Source of the DNA: Octopus bimaculoides
Taxonomy: Eukaryota
Assembly: GCF_001194135.2 (NCBI RefSeq)
Contig: NC_068985.1
Coordinates: 106,601,102 to 106,665,101, forward strand
Reading direction: 5' to 3'
DNA length: 64,000 nt
Shown: one piece after another, positions 55,026 through 64,000 of the stretch
Numbering within the stretch: the first letter of the stretch is position 1
How the letters are laid out: each line of letters begins with the position of its first letter
Translations under genes and position numbers: made by a program
Notes under the pieces: model-generated
Told to the model about the DNA's origin: nothing
Seen by the model: the letters and a program-made list of their open reading frames with translations, nothing else
Database searches by the model: none

Positions 55026-55619
55026 CTATCAACAATGACATAAATAAACAAGATGTAAGAGAAAATAGACTAAAATAGAGATATATGTTCCCACAAGATT
55101 GCAAACTGGTAACTAAGAGTAGTGCTGAAGTATACAATGGTTAAGGGTGCTATATGAAGTCTCAGAGCTTCACATATTTTGCATTTTGATAGGGAAAATG
55201 GCATGAGGTTTCATAATGATTAGGTTGGCCACTTGAGGACTGTGAATCTAATACACACGGTGAAATGTATCAAAATTAATGTTTTAAGATGCTGTAAAGT
55301 ATGAGGATAACTAATAAGAGGTATGAACTAATGAGTGAGAGAGACAATAGTAAAGATAAGACTACTGATTAACAGCTAGAATGATCTTAAATCACAATCT
55401 GAACATGCTTGTGAAAGAAACTCAGCTTAAAGGTTGATAAACATTGTGTTTATTTTCACACACACTACACTAAACAAACATGGCATAACATAGTACAGAG
55501 TGTTCAAAAGAAAATTGGTTACATTACTATACAGTTACCTATTCAACCATAAATCCAAGCACAAGGACATCACACTATATTTATTTACGTGTCTGAGTGT
55601 GTGTGCATATATATATATA

Positions 55620-55684
<65 letters not shown>

Positions 55685-56079
55685 TTACACACATTGGACA
55701 CCTGTATTTACATATGTGTGTGTGTGCGTGTGTGTGTGTATAATATTGATTTGTTCATACTCTTACAACATGACCACAGTTGTTTCAGTAAAGGTGTCAT
55801 CAGAGATGCTTCATGATTGTGAACTCTGTGTGTATTGATAGGGATAGGATAAAGAGATGTCAGATGGGGAGATTTAAGTGCAAAATAGATGGTGGGGAAA
55901 AAGAACAAAAAAGAGTACAGGGTGTGGGTGGTCAGAGAAGGGAATGAGAAATAGACAAGGGAAGAAAGAAAGAGGGTGAAAGGGCAAATAAAGGAGACAT
56001 ATTTCTAAAGTTGATGGGTATGTAAAACTAGGGGTAGGATTGGCGGTAAGATTATGATAGAAAGGCAATTCAGTGGGCA

Positions 56080-56480
56080 GGTTATATATGGATAAGGGAT
56101 TCATACAAACCTACCAGTGCCAGGGTTCTAAGTTTGAATAAGAATTGTTCCTTCCATTTCTTTGACTGTGTGGCTCCATTATGTGTAGAGATGTCACACA
56201 CTGATAAGTGGATCATAGATTGGTCTGTTGTACTGAAGTGTGTGGTTATGAGTTGACCTGAGATATGTAGTAGGAAACTGAATGTGCGTGCAAAAGTGAA
56301 TAGCAAAGCAATAGTTTGATTTGCTTGTGTAAAAAGTACCCTAAAGATTGTAGATGATGCAGTATATCACACTGGCAGATGTGCAGCAGAAGCTTTGTGT
56401 GAGGTGGTACTGTGACTTAAGGGCAGTGATGACTGTAGAAATAACAGGTGAATGCATTTAAAAGTGCTTGACTGTGTATG
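56080..56480 (-). mobile_element. Penelope-like element GIY-YIG endonuclease remnant
   Basis: SFCCTSASVIYCII...GTFYTSKS and HFSTTDQS..HLSV...KKWKEQFLFKLRTLALVGL match the PLE pattern FTCTSSNVIYCI..C...YIG and HF...R..KE..LI..L.TL.P.GLN. Confidence 0.7.
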
Positions 56481-57991
56481 AACTAGTGCCGTGGGACTTA
56501 TAATTAGCTGAGGTTTTGCCAAAGTTTGAATCTTTCTTAAAGAAGTGGTGTAAGAAAGATAAGAGGAGTGAGAGAGTAGGATTTAAAAGTTAAGTTATGG
56601 ATGCATGTGTGATCCAATAGAAGAGTGGACAAGTAGAAAGGGGGGGGAAATGGAATCTGGTGTGTAGGTGCACATTGAAAATAGGGGTGGGGTAGAGTAG
56701 TTGATGACCTAAGCATGGTAGAGTATAGAGTCCACAACCAATTGAAGGTATTCTTGATGAAAGAAGAAATGTCACATTGACACATTGAGATTCAAAATTT
56801 GATATGCATTCATATATATTTTTTCTTTGTTTCTTTTTACATCTGTTTTTCCATGCTAGTATGTGTGAAATGAACATAATATGGAGTTAATGTTTTATAG
56901 TCGGATGCTCTTCCTGTTACTAACCCTTAGAGGATTTTCAAGGAAAGAATCTCTTATTTGAAGGTGCAAATGTAAATAAACACAGATAAAGATATGCACA
57001 CACACACACACATGGTTCACTTCTTTCAGTTTCCTTAATAATACATGTACACACACACACAAATACATACATAAATCAACATATATATGCACGTTGCTCT
57101 CACATATAACTATATACATATTACAAAGACATTCGACTTAAATTTAGATCCTCCTACATTGAAATTCATAATACATCAGGCTTCCCCCAATATGGCCAAT
57201 CTGCTGCAGTTCTTTTTACAGTCTTCTAACTGGTCCTCACACATCTGAAATCCTCCTAGAATGTCCAATACTGGTTGTTTGGGCTCTTTCATTTAACATC
57301 TCACAGTGGCCCTGTCAATGCATTCCCTGTCTGCTTACTGGCCGGCAAGCACAAAATACGACTGCAAGGTAAAACCAATGCAGTGACATGATGTTTTGTA
57401 AAAGCTGGGACGTACTTTACTGAAGGATTTCCTAATCTATAATGCTAACTGATCAGGTGACTTTGCTGGAATACAGCACTTGCTTAGCCATTCACCAAAT
57501 TCTCTTCCATTCTAATCTCTACTATCTGTCACTCTCATAAACCTATCAATGCAGCCATCCTTGGTTCTTGATTCTCTCTGCCTATTCTCTTTATCCATCT
57601 TCTTGTACATTGAGGGTACACCCTGGCATTTCATCTCCTCCATCCTTTCTCCCTTTCTTGTGATGGGTAGCTACGCAGCTCCTGTATAGTAAGACAGCTG
57701 ATCCTGTCCTTGAGTTTTACTTCAGCCTCTCAACAATTAACACTGCACCCCAACATTGTTGAGAGTTCTTGTCTTGCAACTTACTTGGTGACCTAACTTG
57801 TGATGGTGCCATGAGAAACACATCCAGTACATATTGTAGAATGTTTGGCATTAGAAAGTACATCCAGCCATAGAAATTATGCCAAAGCAGATGCTGGAGT
57901 TCAACATAGTCTTCTGACCCATCAGATCCTGTTGAACCATCTAACTAATGCCAGCATGGAGGAACAAGAACATAAAATATTTGTGAGGGTG

Positions 57992-58060
<69 letters not shown>

Positions 58061-58129
58061 AGAAAGATAGGTACATATACATACACAATTATATACATAT
58101 GTAAATGGCCATTTATAGGTAAATACACA

Positions 58130-58188
<59 letters not shown>

Positions 58189-58849
58189 TATATAACTAAT
58201 ATATAAAAATAGTGCTTAAGTGCTATAAAATATATTTACCGAATTTAAGAGCCCACTTATTAATCTATTGTTAAACCCAGTATATTATTACAATGCAATA
58301 CCCATAAGTGGAATGTATTCACATATATATAAAAATTGGTTAAAATGAATGTCCAGAGCAACAAGTTCACAGATTCTTTTATAATTTCACTCTACAGCTG
58401 TTTCAATGATAAAAATATAAAATATCATCGATCATATAATTACTTAATAATCACTTAAGATATAACAAATACATTCTTAGTTCAAAATTGATAAACAAGA
58501 TATTCCATCAGGAGAGAAAAATGAAATATCTAAAATTAAAATACATATTTCATTGTTAACTCCTGATGAAATGGTTTATACAACACATTTAACTAAATTA
58601 CATATTTTTATATATTTATTATTGATTCTATATAGTAATGATGTAACTATATGAATGCTTGTGATTTTGCTGCTGAAACAGCTATAGAATTTAGAGTGAA
58701 ATGATGTATCTGTGAAATCTTTGCCTTTTCACTGTTCTAAACATACATGCATTCTTAATTATCTATCTATCTATCTATCTGTATGTATGTATACATACAC
58801 ACCTGTGAGCATATATATACATACACACACACTTTGGCATCAAGACTTA

Positions 58850-59210
58850 TACCAAACACCAAAAAGGATGTTGCTACACTGTACAAAGATCCTTACCACT
58901 CCATCTAGAGCAAGGGCCAAGTACTGCAATAGCTTGGTATTCAAGAGCCAACAACCTGTTTAATATCTGGTCAGAGAACCCAGGGGATCTACAGGGAATG
59001 GAGACAGAAGCTTTCAAGAAGCACCTTGACCATCTACACTTGAAGATCCCAAATGAGCCTATATCACAGCAAGAAACTGAAATGTGGGCAGCAATACCAA
59101 ACTTAGTAATTCATCACAAGCTAACCACATGAGAATAGCTTTTGAAATAATGATGTTAATGGCAGTGCCCTAGCATTGCCACAGCCTTTGGGCTGAAACA
59201 TATAAAGCAA
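58850..59210 (+). mobile_element. 3' end of a CR1/Nimb-like LINE
   Basis: SLVFKSQQ(L)FNIWSENPGDLQGMETEAFKKHLDHLHLKIPNEP resembles the G.QLFN.LP..LR.....FK..LD..L..VPDEP C-terminal motif. The tail ggctgaaacatataaa recurs near 40635. Confidence 0.55.
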
Positions 59211-59929
59211 TACACGCACACACAAAATAGACATGCATTTGGTCTTTGTTGATAGGTTCAACTAAGATAGATTTCTTGCAACTTTACTACTCAATATATG
59301 AATCAAATGTAGATTTTCAGGTTTTGTATTCAAGATGTTACAGTATGTTCATTTCAACGTTGTGAGTAATGTTATCAAGAATAATATGTGATTCAAGGAA
59401 CTATTTTTGTATATTTATATTGTACGATAGCAGACCTCCTCAGCCTCAAAGTAAAATACCCACAACCAATACTGCCTCTTAAAAGAGAAGTTTTATTATA
59501 ATAATGTGCAACTACAAGAATGTTAAATAATATAAGAATAAAGTACATAGAAATTAGATCAATTGTATCAGGTCAAAATGGCTATCTATGCAATGCATTT
59601 CAAACATAGCTGAAGGGAAGTAACTACACTCTAATCAATTGAATCTTTAATTACAAATGATGTATATGCATTTTCTATCTTTATGTGGCCTAATAGGTGG
59701 ATTGAATTAATCGTATATAGGTTTTATTTAGGAGTAATGCCTACCTTATAAGGTATTCTGTTTGCTCAGTTAGATTAATATGATAATAATGACAACATTG
59801 ATGGTAGCTATGACTATATTTGTAAGGGAAAAGAAAGTTTATGTAGATTTTGCACAATATCTCTGGTTCTATCAGCAGTAATAATGATAATAGTAAATTA
59901 ATACTTTAAGGAGAGCTGTAATAGAAGAA

Positions 59930-60140
59930 TACAACTGAGATATCAAGCAATCTCTGCACTTGAAAGAAACTAATATAGAATACAACCTCCAGTGGAAAAT
60001 TCTAGCTGTGGCTACACCAGGAATACAATATATTTCATGTTTAGAAGAAGCATCATATATCCTCTTTGCAAAAGTACGTTTTAATTTTAAAAATCTGAGA
60101 AAGTGCCAGCTTGCTAGCATACAATTTACTGAACTTAGCT
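59930..60140 (+). mobile_element. Penelope-like element C-terminal fragment, different lineage from the 56080 copy
   Basis: LKETNIEYNLQWKILAVATP...CLEEASYIL resembles the PLE LK...I.Y.I.W.IL..A.PY...C.LCLEEK..IL motif. Confidence 0.5.
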
Positions 60141-60680
60141 GAATTATAAATTCTCTCAAAATCCAGGAGGTTAATCTAATCAGCATACCACAGAGCACTG
60201 TACTGCATGCAGCATCTTAACATACAGTACATCATTATACAGAATACCATTGTACAACAATAATACTTGATACGAGTGCCAATGAATTTATATTTAATAT
60301 GAGCATAGATATCTTTTCTGTTGCCATTATTTTATTAGTTTCATTTTTGCAAATCTCAGAGAAACTTAGATGCTAAATGGTTCAGACATTTCAGTTAAGT
60401 GGCAGTCAACAAGTTGACAAAGGTCCTTTACTGCTTCCTCTCCTGTGCCTTACATAGACAAGACTTTCCCTAATATCCTTACTGTACCAAGAAGTGCTGT
60501 CTTGGCATGACCTGTAACCTTGCAGCAGTTCCGTTTTTATTTGCCTAGTCCTTAAAAATGTCCAATATGCAGCCCAGTGCTCTGATCACCACTGGAATCA
60601 TTAAAACATTATTATTATTATTAACGTAGCAAAATGGCAGAATCATTAGGGCAATAGAAAAGATTCATTATGGAATTTGT

Positions 60681-61026
60681 TACCAGCGTCGCCTTACTGG
60701 CATTTGTGCCGGTGGCACGTGAAAAAACATTCGAGCGAGGTCGTTGCCAGTGCCGCTGGACTGGCTCTTGTGCAGGTGGCACGTAAAATACACCATTTTG
60801 AGCGTGGCTGTAGCCAGTACTGCTTGACTGGCCTTCGTGCCAGTGGCACGTAAAAGCACCCACTACACTCTTGGAGTGGTTGGTGTTGGGAAGGGCATCC
60901 AGCTATAGAAACTGCCAAATCAGATTGGAGCCTGGTGTAGCCATCTGGTTCGCCAGTCCTCAGTAAAATCGTCCAACCCATGCTAGCATGGAAGGCTGAT
61001 ATTAAACGATGATGATGATGATGATG
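60681..61026 (+). mobile_element. RTE 3'-UTR copy (or RTE-mobilised short element) with three internal repeats of about 65 bp and a (GAT)n tail
   Basis: Homologous to 10010-10343; repeat units start near 60706, 60770 and 60837. Confidence 0.85.
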
Positions 61027-61165
61027 AGTGATGATTTTAAAAGCATTGTCCTTCATCACTTTGGGATCAATAAAGTACCAGTCAAATCCTGGGGTCAATG
61101 GTATTAACTCATGTTAAAATGCTAGCCTTGTGCTCATATTAGAAATAATAGCTATTATTATTATT

Positions 61166-61385
61166 AAGGCAGTGAGTTGGCACAGTTGTTAGCATGCCAG
61201 CCAAAATGCTTAGCAGTATTTCGCCTGTCACTACATTCTGAGTACAAATGTTGTCAAGGTTGACTTTACCTGTCGTCCTTTTGGGATTGGTAAATTAAAT
61301 ACCAGTGAAACACCGGGGTCGATGTAACTGACTAATCCCCTCCCCCAAAATTTCAGGCCTTGTGCCTATAGTAGAAAGGATTATC
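61166..61385 (+). mobile_element. tRNA-derived SINE, family A, full length
   Basis: aaggcagtgagttggcacag...ttctgagtacaaat...gtagaaaggattat, preceded by (ATT)n. Confidence 0.88.
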
Positions 61386-61802
61386 TTTATTATTAATAGC
61401 TGCATCATTTTACTCTGATGAATAAAGATACTGGCTGTATTGAGACTTTAATTTTCCATGAGGTAGGTCTATATACACCTTATTTGAAGAGCTTGGGCTA
61501 CATTGCCTTGGTAAACTACTATATTTTTTGCAAGCAGTTGGAAGTGATAAAACAATTACATTCAGATTTATAGGCACTACTGGAATTTTCCCAAGCTTTA
61601 ATACTATTATTTTTATATACTTTGGTTGAGTTAGGGGAGATGTTATCTTAAGAGTTGTAGAATATGATAGTTAACTATATTTCAGTTAACAAAATCAAAA
61701 ATATTTCTGTTCAAGTTAACCTGATACAAGTGATCTACTTTATTTTGTTGTTAGATACCTTAATACTTTGGTAGAAGTACATTATTATAATAATACCTTG
61801 CT

Positions 61803-62008
61803 TTAATTCTTTAGCTTTTAAACTGGTCATATCTGTCTTAAATGTTCTACCGGTTTTATGTTCCAACTGGCCAGATCTAGCCTCTCCCACCTACCTTACA
61901 ATGTCATTCTAAAATCTTGAACCTACAAGGTAATACGTGATTAATTTTTAAAAATGGGAATAAATAAGCATTACATTTGATAAATTAATCTGGATGCTAA
62001 AGGGTTAA
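61803..62008. mobile_element. piggyBac-like MITE (TTAA-flanked)
   Basis: Left end TTAAttctttagc; right end gctaaagggTTAA (reverse complement ttaaccctttagc). Confidence 0.65.
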
Positions 62009-62839
62009 GAGATAGTTTTGGAAAGGACAGCTTCACTTTTTTGCTTAAAGGTTCAACCATCATATTGAGTAAATATCAGAAAACTACACTAGCACACACA
62101 CACACAAAAAAAAGCCTATGGGGTTGAAATGCTCATAATGTAATAATACACACACACACACATGCATGTGTGTGTGTATCAATCTCTATACACACACACA
62201 CACATACAAATGCTTATGAGATGATATGTGGAAAATTTCATTTAATATTTGTATGGTTTTACACAAATGTTCTTTATTTGCATAAACTAGCATGTTGACT
62301 GATGTAACAATTTCACTAATTATTGAAATGGTTGTAACTGGTTAATAAATATGATACCGTCATTTGTATTCTTTTGTCTATGTTTACACTCTGTGGGGGA
62401 TGCACCAATCTCATAATTAGTATATTTCTTTGGATTTCAAATTTGTATGCATCTTTTGGATAAATGAAATACTAAATCTAATTTTCCTTCCTATACATTC
62501 TGTTAGATTGGATTTCACATGGAGTGCTAACTGAGATACTCACCTGGATTTCCTAAATCCCTATCCCCTTACTATGTGTATGTGTGTGTGCGTGCGTATG
62601 TGTGTGTGTGTGTGTGTATCATTTTTAATCAGCAGAAACTTACAAAAGTGACTCAAGGGCTAAAAGTTTTATGCATGAGACGAAACTTTCGGCTGTCAAG
62701 TACCTTTTGAAACTTTCTGATGATTAAAAATAATAAAAATATATATATACTCATGCACATAGTTGTATTTACCCTGTTCAGTCAAACCTACACACACACA
62801 CACACACACATACATTAACAGATACAAACACATATAATA

Positions 62840-63007
62840 GTTACAGGTGTGGTTAAGAAGTTCAATTTTCAATCACATGATTTCAGATTCAGCCCAACTG
62901 TTCAACACCCCAAGCAGGTGCTTTCTAGCATAACCCTAAGCTGACCAAAGCCTTCTCAATGGATTTGGCAAACAGAAACTGAAAGAAGCGCATCATATGT
63001 ATGTATT

Positions 63008-63085
<78 letters not shown>

Positions 63086-63090
63086 TGTTT
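62840..63090 (+). mobile_element. Degenerate family B SINE with a long (GT)n tail
   Basis: Forward homolog of 26540-26702 (ctgaccaaagcctt...ggatttgg...agaaactgaaagaagc), followed by (GT)n at 63011-63090. Confidence 0.7.
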
Positions 63091-63368
63091 GAACATGTAT
63101 ATGCCGGTGTGTTTGTTTATCTTTGCACTTCCATGGGTGGTAACAGTATTGTCATTTTCCCTGTCAACAGGTTGTACACTGTACCTTTCAAGATGTGTAG
63201 AATAAGATATCACATACTTGTGAGACAAGTATGGGCTAACAAATGGAAGAACATCCAGCTACAAAATAATGCCTTAATAATATATTCCTGTAACCCTTAG
63301 TAGCATAGAAAAACAAACATAAAAATGAATGAATACACATAAAAATATACACACACATATTATATATA

Positions 63369-63446
<78 letters not shown>

Positions 63447-63600
63447 GTGAGAGAGCTGTATACATGTGTGCATATATATATATATATCTATATATATATA
63501 CAAACATCTTTGTTTGCAATGTCCTGTACCCATATATGCACCTATATATACAGGTAGATGTAGGTATGCACATACTTGTATGTATATATGCATATACTCA

Positions 63601-63632
63601 TCCATGCTAGCATGGAAAGCGGACGTTAAACG

Positions 63633-63634
<2 letters not shown>
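63601..63634 (+). mobile_element. Minimal (about 34 bp) RTE tail inserted in a (TA)n tract
   Basis: tccatgctagcatggaaagcggacgttaaacgat matches the RTE terminus. Confidence 0.8.
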
Positions 63635-63673
<39 letters not shown>

Positions 63674-64000
63674 AACATATATATAAACACATATATACAG
63701 ACACATCTATATCTTCATCCATACATATGTGTACACATGTATACACACACACACGCACTCTTTGTACTTGATTTATTTAAACAGTTTCAAAAATAAGTGA
63801 TTGAGGGTTTACCTAATAAAGTTTACAGAACCTTCTGTTATTAAAAAAATACAGTAAATAAATTTTGAGAGGGTGTTTTCTGTTACATAATTTAAGAAGC
63901 CAACAAAATGAGACACCTTTTTGCTGAATTGTATATTCTATATGGAATATTAAATAAAGGTAAATTAACTTTTAAGCATGCTCCAAGCAACTATGGTTGA

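Noticed and set aside
54100-55137. 345-aa ORF taken as a single-exon gene from its first codon
   Set aside because: The first ~37 codons are an intronic pyrimidine tract ending in an AG acceptor; the coding part starts at 55025.
56114-56258. Apparent minus-strand exon with good splice signals upstream of the large exon
   Set aside because: The peptide is the C-terminus of a Penelope GIY-YIG endonuclease and ends in phase 0, which is incompatible with the phase-1 acceptor at 55025.

Overview
AT-rich (roughly one-third GC by eye), repeat-dense animal genomic DNA with two assembly gaps (40024-40500, 48083-48700). The repeat content most resembles an octopus genome (inferred from recall, not from a search): tRNA-derived SINEs with (ATT)n or (GT)n tails, RTE LINE 3' ends with (GAT)n tails, mariner, Penelope and CR1/L2 remnants, TTAA MITEs and long TA/CA microsatellites. 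Most ORF-track entries are microsatellite, N-run or antisense artefacts. The credible coding signal is on the minus strand. One part is a 926-nt terminal exon at 55025-54100 encoding a P/S/Q-rich, probably disordered C-terminus. The other is a chain of small exons at 37639-37565, 28270-28169, 15886-15785, 12137-11985, 11823-11767, 3307-3224 and 67-<1. The first six are all phase 1-1 and join into one open frame: a low-complexity S/A/G/T/P linker, then a possible degenerate KH-like fold, then an acidic linker; the last exon may begin a Cys/His motif. I cannot name the gene. Points worth checking: whether the large exon is an alternative last exon of the same gene, several microexon candidates (3, 11 and 30 nt), head-to-tail SINE pile-ups, nested insertions (one with a clean 15-bp TSD), and an apparently perfect 239-bp duplication. 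I see no prokaryote-type system such as CRISPR or an operon.
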